Shown: positions 11,035 to 20,793 of the stretch, one piece after another
Numbering within the stretch: position 1 is the stretch's first letter
How the letters are laid out: each line of letters starts with the position of its first letter
Assembly (NCBI GenBank): GCA_963662275.1
Contig: OY759316.1
Span: 1,280,001 to 1,344,000 of the forward strand
Direction of reading: 5' to 3'
Origin: Candidatus Cloacimonadales bacterium
GTDB lineage: Bacteria; Cloacimonadota; Cloacimonadia; Cloacimonadales; DAONDQ01
DNA length: 64,000 bases
The notes under the pieces: model-generated
What the model saw: the letters and a program-made list of their open reading frames with translations, nothing else
Told to the model about the DNA's origin: nothing
Databases searched by the model: none
Translations under genes and position numbers: made by a program

Positions 11035-12895
11035 GAGACTGTTCAAAATTAACCTCCATTTTACGCAGCCTTATTGGTAGTGACAGAGAAAAAGTGGTCT
11101 AAGTGCGACCAATCCACATTTTCTTGACATATGCGGGAGATATTTAAACTTGCTAAAAGTGATTCCTGACGCATGATTGGTTGACCTTTATCGACCAGTT
11201 CTTTGAACCAAAGCGAAAACACAAGGTTGCGGGTGGTTTCTTCAGATTTTAGTCCAAATCTACCGGATGTCACCTTCTTGATTTTGCGGTTCCAGCGTTC
11301 AGAGACATTGGAAGTCAAACCTTTGCTGAGGTGTCTCCAATCACTAATGATATTGCTTTTGATGTATTCGGCGGCGGTTGGGGGAGTAATAGCTGTCAGG
11401 CTTGCGATACCCTTTTTCCTTCCGCCCGCCGTTTCTCTTCGGAAAGCTTTCATAATCCTCTTCTTAAAGAACTTGTCCCTGTCTTCAGGGAGATGACATT
11501 GACTGATTCTTTTGAAGAGATTTCGTATCTTATGGAACTTACAGAGTTGGTAATGGACTTTTGGAAACACTGTTTTTCTTGCAACTGCTAACGATTTACT
11601 GCCATCACTGACAATCAGGGTTGGATCTTTCCTGTAGAGCTGTCTGAAGGTTCTGAAACATGCTTCGAATGATTCTTTCTTTGTGTCAGGATACAACTCA
11701 CAAAACAGAGGGATGTGAGTCACAAAATCAACAATACTGATGACATAGTACGGAATACCTTTGATCTTCACATATTTCTCATCAATGCTGATCTTTCCGC
11801 TCCACTTACCGATTGAGTTCAGAATCAGGCTCTGCAGGTCAGCGATTTCATGCCAGAGATTTGAGACTGTAGCTTTACAGGTGTTGAGCAGCAAAGCTAT
11901 CGTCTCGAAGTTCATACCGCTTCCAACCAGGTAATGTACCAGCAGACACAGGTTCTTGCGTTCCAGACTATGGAACGGCTTTGCATCGGCGGTTCTATGG
12001 GATGTATTGCCTTTAGCAGTCTTCATTTGTTCCAGGAGTCTGTCACAGATAACAGGTGTATTCTGCTGACCGGCAAGCAGTTTCAGCAGATGTACAGCAT
12101 CACCGCCTACTGTCTTTTTCAGAAGAAGCTTCTGAGCTTGCTTAACTACAGACAGAGAATTGACCTGAGAAGCATATTTGCAGAAAGTGGTATAGGACAT
12201 TTTAAAATCATGATGGCTGATGAACTCCTGATACATGACATTTAAAGGTAAAAGCAGGTTATTGATAACAAAATTCTCGATCTGAGGAATACACTCCAGC
12301 AGGTCAACTTTCCGGCTTAAATATGCCAGGATATCATGACCATGCTGCTCAAACTCTTGCCAGAAATTATGTACATTCCTGCGGTCTGCGTAGTTAAACA
12401 GATCAGCTATTTGCTGAAGTGTAAGGAGGTTGTCTCCGCCTATTCCTACTAATAAGCGTAGAAACGCTATTAAGAACTTGTGGTTTGATGTTGTCTCAGG
12501 CAAAGTGAATGAAAATGGTACGTTAATACTTACATGGTATTGGTTACTTTCATGACTAACACTTACCGCTTCTTGAATTGGAGTGTTTTTTTGTCATAAT
12601 ATCCTCCCTTTTGTTACCAGGTAACAAATGCCATTGAAGCTATAGCAAAAAACTTGTAAAGAACTATTTTATATGATTTTAACTACACATTTAGTCAGAA
12701 ACGGCTTCGAAACATTACTTATAATCGCGTGTTTTTCAATTTTAGTCAAAAAGCTTAACTTGTGATTTGGTGTCCTTAGCAGAGCTTATCTGTCAATTCT
12801 GGAAGGTATGTTAAATTATGACCGTTTCGACCACTTTTTTCAACTTGCTACTTTCTAACTTATTGAATATTATGAATAACTTCATGAACAGTCTC
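11035..12895 (-). mobile_element. insertion sequence, Mutator-like/IS256-related, 1861 bp
   Basis: Terminal IRs GAGACTGTTCA (11035-11045) and TGAACAGTCTC (12885-12895). Exact 8-bp direct repeat GATCACAG at 11027-11034 and 12896-12903. Encloses a DDE transposase. Confidence 0.9.
11061..12503 (-). CDS. DDE transposase
   Basis: ISIDEKYVKIKG (D1), LIVSDG (D2), QLCKFHK (Mutator/IS256 CxxH), TSNVSERWN (E). True start may be the out-of-frame ATG at 12597. Confidence 0.85.
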   Translation of the reverse strand: MPETTSNHKFLIAFLRLLVGIGGDNLLTLQQIADLFNYADRRNVHNFWQEFEQHGHDILAYLSRKVDLLECIPQIENFVINNLLLPLNVMYQEFISHHDFKMSYTTFCKYASQVNSLSVVKQAQKLLLKKTVGGDAVHLLKLLAGQQNTPVICDRLLEQMKTAKGNTSHRTADAKPFHSLERKNLCLLVHYLVGSGMNFETIALLLNTCKATVSNLWHEIADLQSLILNSIGKWSGKISIDEKYVKIKGIPYYVISIVDFVTHIPLFCELYPDTKKESFEACFRTFRQLYRKDPTLIVSDGSKSLAVARKTVFPKVHYQLCKFHKIRNLFKRISQCHLPEDRDKFFKKRIMKAFRRETAGGRKKGIASLTAITPPTAAEYIKSNIISDWRHLSKGLTSNVSERWNRKIKKVTSGRFGLKSEETTRNLVFSLWFKELVDKGQPIMRQESLLASLNISRICQENVDWSHLDHFFSVTTNKAA

Positions 12896-12973
12896 GATCA
12901 CAGAACAGAGACTGACAGCTTCTGCCTGCAAAACTTCTTGACACAGCACACGAGTCACAAACTGAATCCATCT

Positions 12974-14155
12974 ATGCGTATAATAGTAAAAAAATTCGGG
13001 GGAACTTCGGTTGGGAATATCGAGCGAATAAAGACGATAGCCCACGAAATTGCCCGTACAAAAAAACCAGATGACCAGATTGTTATCGTTGTTTCTGCTA
13101 TGGCAAAGACAACAGATGACCTGTTTCATTTAGCTTACGAAATTACCGAGCATCCTTCACGTCGTGAATTGGATATGTTACTGACTGCTGGAGAAAGGAT
13201 CAGCATGACTCTTCTATCCCTGGCTTTGCAGAAAGAGAAATTGCCCTCTATTTCGTTCACCGGTTCACAGAGTGGAATTCTCACGGATACTAAGCATGGT
13301 AATGCACGTATACTGAATGTCAGGGCATTTCGAATTAAGGAAGAGCTTTCTACAGGAAAGATTGTCATTGTTGCTGGATTCCAGGGTGTTTCCATGAATA
13401 AGGAGATCACGACTTTAGGCAGGGGAGGGTCGGATACAACCGCAGTTGCTTTGGCTTCCTACCTTCAAGCTGATAAATGCGAGATATTTACAGATGTCGA
13501 TGGCGTTTATACCGCTGATCCACGTATTGTTACAAATGCGAAGAAATTGACTAAAGTGTCCTACCAATTGATGCTTGCTTTGGCGAATAACGGTTCTAAA
13601 GTATTACATCCGAGAGCTGTGGAATTTGCCTGCGCATATAAAATACCCGTGGAAATCAAATCTTCCTTCACTTTTGAAGAAGGAACCTTAATAGCTGAGG
13701 ATATAAATATGGAAGAACGCGGAATTACTGCTATTGCACATAAGGAAAACCTGTGCAGATCACATCTTCGCTTTGCAGATCAAACCCAAATCATCCACTT
13801 TCTATCAAATTTGGGATTTGATATTTTCAATTACCAGGTTATTAATGACAAAGAGATGTATATTTCGGTGGAAGAGAAGTATCAGCATGATTTTCGCAAA
13901 TTACTGACTGATGCCGGGGTAGAGATTATAGATGTGGAAGCGCAACTGGGTTCTGTATCTATTGTCGGTGTAGGTATCAACTATGATTTGGAATTTGTGG
14001 CTAATGTGATGAAAGCCATGGATGATATTAAAGCTACTGTCCGTTTATTACAAAGAAATGACCTGGGTTTGATTCTTATCATTCCCTCAAATAAAGTAGC
14101 GGAGGCTGTTAACGTTCTTCACGAACGCCTGATGACCGAGGATTTGTTTGTTTAA
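12974..14155 (+). CDS. lysC: aspartate kinase
   Basis: VKKFGGTSV, VVSAM, RELDMLLTAGE, GFQG, TTLGRGGSDTTA, TDVDGVYTADP, KVLHPRAVE, C-terminal ACT region. Real start is ATG 12974 because the upstream ORF extension lies inside the IS. Confidence 0.93.
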   Translation: MRIIVKKFGGTSVGNIERIKTIAHEIARTKKPDDQIVIVVSAMAKTTDDLFHLAYEITEHPSRRELDMLLTAGERISMTLLSLALQKEKLPSISFTGSQSGILTDTKHGNARILNVRAFRIKEELSTGKIVIVAGFQGVSMNKEITTLGRGGSDTTAVALASYLQADKCEIFTDVDGVYTADPRIVTNAKKLTKVSYQLMLALANNGSKVLHPRAVEFACAYKIPVEIKSSFTFEEGTLIAEDINMEERGITAIAHKENLCRSHLRFADQTQIIHFLSNLGFDIFNYQVINDKEMYISVEEKYQHDFRKLLTDAGVEIIDVEAQLGSVSIVGVGINYDLEFVANVMKAMDDIKATVRLLQRNDLGLILIIPSNKVAEAVNVLHERLMTEDLFV

Positions 14156-14198
14156 CGGTTATGAATAACCGTCCACATAATAGATAGGAGTATTAATA

Positions 14199-16226
14199 AT
14201 GAGTAGAAAGATAGTTACCAGTGCACTTCCTTATGCGAATGGTAAATTACATATTGGTCATGTGGCAGGTGCATATTTGCCTGCTGATATATACGTGCGT
14301 TATCTTCGTCTTCAGAAGGAAGATGTGATCTATATATGCGGAACAGATGAACATGGTTCCCCGATATCCATCAAGGCAGAAGCAGAAGGTGTGACACCCC
14401 GAAATATCGTAGATAAATTCCACAAGAGCATTGAAGACAGCTTTATCGGTTTGGGAATTGACTTCGATAACTTTTCCGGAACTGCCCGACCGGAACATCA
14501 TGCTATTTCACAACAGTTTTTTACTGATCTCTTTGAAAATGATTACATCCTAACCAAGATAACCACACAGTTTTATTGTGAAAATGACAAACGCTTCCTG
14601 GCAGACCGTTATGTTGAGGGAATCTGCCCGCATTGCGGAGCAGATGGTGCTCGTGGTGATCAGTGTGATGCTTGTGGTAAGCTTATCGATACCATAACAC
14701 TGAAAGAGCCGAAGTGCAAGATATGCGGGCATACGCCAATTTTAAGGGATACTGAACATTGGTTTCTTGATCTTCCAAAGTTCACAGAGCGTTTGCAGCT
14801 TTGGTTAGAAAAGAAAACTGATTGGAAAGAGAATGTACTCAATTTCTCACTCGGAATGCTGAAGGAAGAATTAATACAACGGTCAATTACACGTGATATC
14901 GATTGGGGTGTTCCAGTTCCCTTACCGAATACCGAAGGTAAAGTACTTTACGTTTGGTTCGATGCGCCTATCGGTTATATTTCATCAACGGTGGAATGGG
15001 CAAAGAAGAAAGGTGAACCTGAACTTTGGAAAGACTACTGGCTGGCTCCTGATACAAAGCTCTATCATTTTATTGGCAAGGATAATATAACTTTCCATAC
15101 AATCATCTGGCCTGCTGTTCTGATGGGACAGAAGACCAAGTACGTTTTGCCATATCATGTACCAGCTAACGAATATCTTAATCTGGAAGGCAATAAAATA
15201 TCCACCAGCCGTAATTGGGCGATATGGGTGGAAGATTATCTGAAATACTTCGATGGTGATTATCTACGCTACGTACTGGCAGCCAATGCTCCTGAAAACA
15301 AAGATAGTGATTTCAGTTGGAAAGAATTCCAGGTTCGAGTGAACAGTGATTTGAACAATGTATTGGGTAATTTAGTGAATAGAGTTTTTACTTTCTGTCA
15401 AAAACAATTCGACAGCAATATATCTTATGTACCACATGTGAGTGAATTCAGTCAATCCACATTGTCCGAAGCTTATTCATTGGTGAATGAAATCAGGGAC
15501 TCATATGCGACTTTCCAAGTGCGTAAGGTTTGTCGTTTGGTCATGGATATTGCGCGTCTTGGTAACAAATATTTCGATGAAACCAAGCCTTGGGCTGAGA
15601 TAAAGAACAATAGAGACAAAGCTGCAGAGACAATGTTTGTTTGTGGTCAGTTAATTCACATTCTTTCTATTGTTTTCTATCCGATATTACCAAAGAGCAT
15701 GAAGAGACTGCGCAAGATGATGAATTTACTCGAAACACCTGACTGGTCAGAATTAGGCGGCTCTTTAAAAGAACCGATAGTAATCTGCTTAATTTCTCCT
15801 CTTTTCCGTAAGATAGAAGATTCAGAAATAGAGCAGCAACTTGAACTTCTCAAGGCTAATTCTGTGGCTGAACCAATCTGCGAAGAAGTGAAAGAGATCA
15901 AACCTGAGATTGAATATGAAGATTTTGAAAAGCTTGATCTTCGTGTGGTGCGTATCCTGGAAGCAGAGAAAGTGCCGAAAACTGATAAACTACTCCACTT
16001 GAAGGTTGATATCGGTGGTATGACCAAGGAGTTGATTGCAGGTATCCAAAAAGCGTACGAGCCGGAAGCAATCATAGGGAAGAAGGTTCTTATGCTTGTG
16101 AATCTTAAACCACGAACAATGCGCGGAATCACTTCACAGGGCATGATACTCTGTGCTGTCAAAGAAGATGGTTTAGCTCTTATGACGCCTGATTTCGATG
16201 TACCGGAGGGTACACCGGTATCATAA
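14199..16226 (+). CDS. metG: methionine--tRNA ligase
   Basis: ALPYANGKLHIGH, Zn knuckles, YVWFDAPIGY, KISTS, C-terminal tRNA-binding (Trbp111-like) domain. Confidence 0.97.
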   Translation: MSRKIVTSALPYANGKLHIGHVAGAYLPADIYVRYLRLQKEDVIYICGTDEHGSPISIKAEAEGVTPRNIVDKFHKSIEDSFIGLGIDFDNFSGTARPEHHAISQQFFTDLFENDYILTKITTQFYCENDKRFLADRYVEGICPHCGADGARGDQCDACGKLIDTITLKEPKCKICGHTPILRDTEHWFLDLPKFTERLQLWLEKKTDWKENVLNFSLGMLKEELIQRSITRDIDWGVPVPLPNTEGKVLYVWFDAPIGYISSTVEWAKKKGEPELWKDYWLAPDTKLYHFIGKDNITFHTIIWPAVLMGQKTKYVLPYHVPANEYLNLEGNKISTSRNWAIWVEDYLKYFDGDYLRYVLAANAPENKDSDFSWKEFQVRVNSDLNNVLGNLVNRVFTFCQKQFDSNISYVPHVSEFSQSTLSEAYSLVNEIRDSYATFQVRKVCRLVMDIARLGNKYFDETKPWAEIKNNRDKAAETMFVCGQLIHILSIVFYPILPKSMKRLRKMMNLLETPDWSELGGSLKEPIVICLISPLFRKIEDSEIEQQLELLKANSVAEPICEEVKEIKPEIEYEDFEKLDLRVVRILEAEKVPKTDKLLHLKVDIGGMTKELIAGIQKAYEPEAIIGKKVLMLVNLKPRTMRGITSQGMILCAVKEDGLALMTPDFDVPEGTPVS

Positions 16227-16254
16227 CAGCGATGGAAGTTATCTCAATCAATCC

Positions 16255-17706
16255 ATGAAATATATATTCACATTCTTCATGATTACGGGCTGTTTATCAT
16301 TGATGGCAGCCCATATTCATGATGGTGGTCTTTACTTGGATATCCTGATTAAATATGCCAGTCAAACAACGGTTTATGCTGATCATGAACTCAAGGTTGA
16401 ACAAATTTCATTACCCATTTCCTACACATTGATGCCGCCCATCAAAATATCTCTTACTCATTCAGAGGTGGATGATTACTATGCCTTCCTCATTAATACC
16501 ATACCTGTGGAACAGAATAATTCTCCAGATGAAACTAAAACTTTCAAAAAAGTGAGTAAGAATACCTGGGTAGATGGAAAGCTTCTGATTCGTGATTATT
16601 ATAAAATATACGATTCCAGGACATTCCAGACTCATGAAACTGCTGTGCAAATAGCAAAGGCAGAAAAGCGTTCTGTTAAGACCATCGAGAAACTTACTTA
16701 TCCGAATACCCAAGTATCAGTACGTGATCTTAGTGGTGAAGTGCATTATCTCGAATTACCTATACAAATTGTAGGGAAAGATGGTTTACACCTGGATGGA
16801 GAACCTGATGGCTATGCCGGAAACCTGCTAATTCAGCCTGCTGGTAAGGTACTGAGAATTCTGAATGATATTGAGCTTGAAGAATACCTGATGGGTGTGG
16901 TTCCTAATGAAATTGGTGACAATGCCCCCTTGGAAGCATTAAAAGCGCAAGCTGTAGCTGCACGTTCTGAAACAGTCTGTAATCTTTTATATAACAGGCA
17001 TATTGATGATAATGCAGATCTATGTAATACTACCCATTGCCAGGTATATAAAGGATATTTCAAACATCAGTCGAATATCGAAGAAGCTGTATTGGATACT
17101 GCCGGAGAAGTCATGATTTGCGATACCATTCTTGTAGATGCTGTCTATGGTAGTTCCTGCGGAGGAAGTACGGAAGAAAACCAGTATGCCTGGAAAGGGA
17201 AAGCTCTTCCATATTTGAAAAGTGTACCATGTGAGCCTGATGCCGCAGATTATGACCTCATGGATGATGATGACGCGATTAGATGGATAGACCAGAAATC
17301 AACGCTCTCTGATGGTGCAAGTTGGGAAAAACGGGCAACCTCCTGGGATAGAACGATCAGTCGTGAACAGCTTGAAAAGAATAGCGGTATTGCAGGCATT
17401 GAAAACATCATTGTCAAGAAGCGTGGAAAATCAGGCAGGATCATATTACTGGAAATACAGGGAAAAAATAACAGTATTATCCTGGATAATGAATATAAAA
17501 TACGGCAAGTCTTTGGTGGACTGCCAAGCTCCTGTTTTTATGTGACTGGTTCGGGGACATACTTCATAAAAGGCAAGGGATCAGGGCATGGGGTAGGCAT
17601 GTGCCAGGTTGGTGCATTGCGACGTGCCAGGGAAGGAATGTCCTACAAGGATATTCTACATTTTTATTATACGGATTGTGAAGTCTATACGGAATGGATG
17701 GAATGA
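16255..17706 (+). CDS. SpoIID/LytB domain protein
   Basis: LEEYLMGVVPNE, EALKAQAVAARS, CQVYKG, SSCGGSTE, GHGVGMCQVGA, ILHFYY. Signal-like N-terminus from ATG 16255. Confidence 0.9.
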   Translation: MKYIFTFFMITGCLSLMAAHIHDGGLYLDILIKYASQTTVYADHELKVEQISLPISYTLMPPIKISLTHSEVDDYYAFLINTIPVEQNNSPDETKTFKKVSKNTWVDGKLLIRDYYKIYDSRTFQTHETAVQIAKAEKRSVKTIEKLTYPNTQVSVRDLSGEVHYLELPIQIVGKDGLHLDGEPDGYAGNLLIQPAGKVLRILNDIELEEYLMGVVPNEIGDNAPLEALKAQAVAARSETVCNLLYNRHIDDNADLCNTTHCQVYKGYFKHQSNIEEAVLDTAGEVMICDTILVDAVYGSSCGGSTEENQYAWKGKALPYLKSVPCEPDAADYDLMDDDDAIRWIDQKSTLSDGASWEKRATSWDRTISREQLEKNSGIAGIENIIVKKRGKSGRIILLEIQGKNNSIILDNEYKIRQVFGGLPSSCFYVTGSGTYFIKGKGSGHGVGMCQVGALRRAREGMSYKDILHFYYTDCEVYTEWME

Positions 17707-17712
17707 GCATAA

Positions 17713-17747
17713 GGTAACAGGTAACAGGGAATAGGGAATAGGGAATA
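17713..17747 (+). repeat. short heptamer tandem (GGTAACA x2, GGGAATA x3)
   Basis: Read directly. Begins after TGA-GCATAA. Confidence 0.8.
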
Positions 17748-17775
17748 GATATAGAGGATCAGATGCCTGTCTGAA

Positions 17776-17813
17776 CTCCCCTCCCATTTGTAAAGGGAGG
17801 GGTCGGGGGAGAG
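17776..17813. repeat. GC-rich CCCCTCCC/GGGAGGGG palindromic repeat; relatives at ~25037-25071, 30850-30894 and 38169-38218
   Basis: CTCCCCTCCC-ATTTGTAAA-GGGAGGGG-TCGGGGGAGAG. The same layout recurs at four intergenic sites. Confidence 0.7.
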
Positions 17814-18088
17814 CTAGTTTATTTCCATATATACGAATTTACATGAAAGCGAGACTGTTCATTGGTTGATTTCGACGAAGGAGAAATTGTATCGAAATGC
17901 ACCGACGTTACACTTCAATAGCTAGGAATGTCGTCTCTTCAATATAAATTGCTCATCTCGATACGTTATTCAGTAGAATAACACTCGATATACGCAATTC
18001 ACTCGGAGAACTCAGCTTTCTTCCCCTGTAGCGAAAACTGAGTATCTGGAGTTCATTTGCCCTAATAAATTAAAATGCACTTTGCATA

Positions 18089-19507
18089 CTATCTCGTTAA
18101 AACAGCTTTGCGAATTTCCTTATATTTGCCAATCTCAAGCTGAACAAAGTAAATACCATGAGCAACCTTTGAACCGTTATCTGCTCTGCCATCCCAAGTT
18201 ACAGTGTACTCGCCAATTAGATACTTTTGTGAATTGACCAATGTCCTGACTAACTGCCCTTTTATGTTATAAACAGTCAGAGTGGTAGGGCTAGTCTCTG
18301 TTTGGTTAAACTTGATACTTGTAATTCCTTGGAATGGATTTGGGTAGCAGGTTAATATAGAAGGAATTGGAGGGATTATTGGATCATGAATAGATACTGG
18401 CGCGCTAATCTCAGTCAACCACATTACCTGTTGCTGCCAAGCTTCATAGGTTGGTCGACTAGCCCCTAAGACATAAATTGTATGAGTGTTGAAAGTGACA
18501 GCGTAGTTTGCACAAAACTGCGACATATACTGGTTGATTCGCCAATATACACTACCATTTGTATTATAAACTATTGTGCTAGCAAATCTCCCACCAGTGA
18601 AATTGGGGTCATCTCCAATCCTTGTTTGAGCGGCTACCAACAATTTGTGATTCCAAATCCTCATTCCATTAACTATCGTCACGCTATCTGGTCCGCTGAC
18701 ATTAATTGTAGCGTTCAAATGATAGCTTTCACCATCATCAATAATCACATCAATTATGCTGTTGCACCACGGATCCACTTGACGACCCTGGAGGAATATC
18801 GTATTGCCATCAATAGCAACTCGTGAGTCACTCATGTCAGGAATTTCATGCTCCCATATAATTTGAGGAACTCCGTTTACAATTTTGACTTTAGTTAGTT
18901 TGTTCCCCGTGTTATACACGACTCCCATCGGCATTCCATCAACACAATAGAAAACAGAATCAGTTGCTGCAAAGGCACTATGATCACCGCAACTGGATAA
19001 TCCAGAGGTTGGTATGTGCCAATAATTAATTACTTGCCCCGTAGTATAGTCCAGAAGTATTAAATCACTTCCCATACTGTAAGCTATTAGATATTGCTCA
19101 GCAGCAGTTATTGTAAAACCAATGCCCCCGGTTAGGTAGGGGGCTAGGCTTCTACTCCAAAGAACTTCATTCTGCTCCGATACAACTATAATGTCAGCTC
19201 CATCGGGATAGCATATATTACCGGACGGAGTTACTGCTAGTCCATGCCCATCCATGACTGTACCATTGTAAATGGTATTAATGTTTCTGATCCAATTAGA
19301 CTGCCTTGTTGTGAGATCAAATTGACAAAGAGATGCAGTTGGCAGAGTATTTCTGGTGTAGCCATAGCCATTACTGACAGCCAATTGGTTGGACTGAAGA
19401 GCGAAAGTCAATTGATTTGAATCAATAATTTCTGGCTCACCGTTTTGTGCCCACATTACTGCACTGAGCATGCATAAGGCAAATAAAGTTAAAAGAATTT
19501 GCTTCAT
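18089..19507 (-). CDS. secreted protein with FlgD-Ig/T9SS type-A-like C-terminal domain
   Basis: Signal peptide. C-terminus YPNPF...VYNIKGQLVRTL...WDG...GIYF. Confidence 0.8.
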   Translation of the reverse strand: MKQILLTLFALCMLSAVMWAQNGEPEIIDSNQLTFALQSNQLAVSNGYGYTRNTLPTASLCQFDLTTRQSNWIRNINTIYNGTVMDGHGLAVTPSGNICYPDGADIIVVSEQNEVLWSRSLAPYLTGGIGFTITAAEQYLIAYSMGSDLILLDYTTGQVINYWHIPTSGLSSCGDHSAFAATDSVFYCVDGMPMGVVYNTGNKLTKVKIVNGVPQIIWEHEIPDMSDSRVAIDGNTIFLQGRQVDPWCNSIIDVIIDDGESYHLNATINVSGPDSVTIVNGMRIWNHKLLVAAQTRIGDDPNFTGGRFASTIVYNTNGSVYWRINQYMSQFCANYAVTFNTHTIYVLGASRPTYEAWQQQVMWLTEISAPVSIHDPIIPPIPSILTCYPNPFQGITSIKFNQTETSPTTLTVYNIKGQLVRTLVNSQKYLIGEYTVTWDGRADNGSKVAHGIYFVQLEIGKYKEIRKAVLTR

Positions 19508-20098
19508 ATTCTTTCCTTTTTTGAATACTCAATTTATCGTTTGTATGACACAATAAGTCTAGTCTATTTCAAATACACATTTTTGATTACAATCAGCTAC
19601 TTGTTCTATATTTTATGCCATTTGTGTAAGTGCTTTCTGTCAATAACAAATTCTGTGGCATCCTAACGCAAGGGGATTTGATAAAATCCACATCAGTATG
19701 TTCCTATTATTCTGGATATGATATTTGAAAGGCAGATAAGTGATTTTAGAAAGTGGTGCTCTGGAGCAGGGAAATTACGAATTATGAATTGGAAGAGCAT
19801 AGCAGAGGCATTAGTATTTATGTAGAAAAAGAGAATATTTGTCAAGAAAAGATGCAGAATCCAGAGCCAAGATGTCGCTATCCATGAGTCCTAAATTCCT
19901 TTAGGTTTGAAGTTTGATTATTAGATTTCGACGGGAATTTTGGACTTCTGGACGCTCTTAAGTCGAAATCTTGAAATTGAATAAAGCAGGTTCTAATGCT
20001 GGGGATGAAAGGTCGGATATGAAGTCCACTTTCCCTTTTAATCAGTAATTAAGTATTAGTTGAGATCGGGAAAATGAACTCCAAATCCTAAGTTTTTT

Positions 20099-20614
20099 TT
20101 AACGTAAGTTGATTTTCAGGACTTTACCATCTGGATAGCGTAAATTCAAGTCATTACCACTCATACGGGCAATTGTAACCATCTTGCTGCCATCATCCAA
20201 TTTCCATTCCTTTGTTTCAGGAGTATAGATTAAAGCAACAGTATCTCCGGCATCTTTACCTTTCAATTCGATAATATCAAAGCGATTCTTTGTAACTGTG
20301 ATCTGATATTCCTTATCACCGCTCTTCACAATCTTCACTTCTTTCTGACCATCAGTCATAGCCATGGGATTTGTACCAGTCCAGAATTCAACTAAATTGA
20401 GTATGTAAAGATCGACAAACATTGCTGCTCCATAAACTGGAACTATTCCTAAGACCCAAAAGATAACATTGTTGAGATACTTGTTATCAGTTGCACTTTC
20501 ATTCCACTTATATACAGCTTTTGTTAAGGTAAAATTCCCCATACAGGCTGTGAACAGGAATGCCACTGCAATAATTGCAATGATCATGGTAAATGATTTG
20601 GTGTTTCTTTTCAT
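20099..20614 (-). CDS. DUF3332 family lipoprotein
   Basis: FTAC lipobox, GNFTLTKAVYKWN, LNLVEFWTGTNPMA. Start at ATG 20614 after GGAGG. Confidence 0.8.
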   Translation of the reverse strand: MKRNTKSFTMIIAIIAVAFLFTACMGNFTLTKAVYKWNESATDNKYLNNVIFWVLGIVPVYGAAMFVDLYILNLVEFWTGTNPMAMTDGQKEVKIVKSGDKEYQITVTKNRFDIIELKGKDAGDTVALIYTPETKEWKLDDGSKMVTIARMSGNDLNLRYPDGKVLKINLR

Positions 20615-20793
20615 AATTTCCTCCAATAGCGTTTGAGAAAAGATTAGAGATTTCGTAAAATATGCAAGTTATTTATTGTGATTTGCGAAAATAAACAGTT
20701 TTTATATGATAGATTTCTTTATTTTGTTTTTTCGCATTTAGAATGTTGACAATTTAAGTGATATTTTGGGATTTAGATTAAGAAGGAGCACTT

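Noticed and set aside
10995..12943. IS targeting at a fixed distance from sigma70 -35 boxes
   Set aside because: TTGAC motifs lie about 27 and 35 bp from the TSD with poor -10 boxes, which does not fit a fixed spacing.
12818..12973. N-terminal extension of aspartate kinase
   Set aside because: It runs through the IS end and TSD. The conserved kinase start is ATG 12974.
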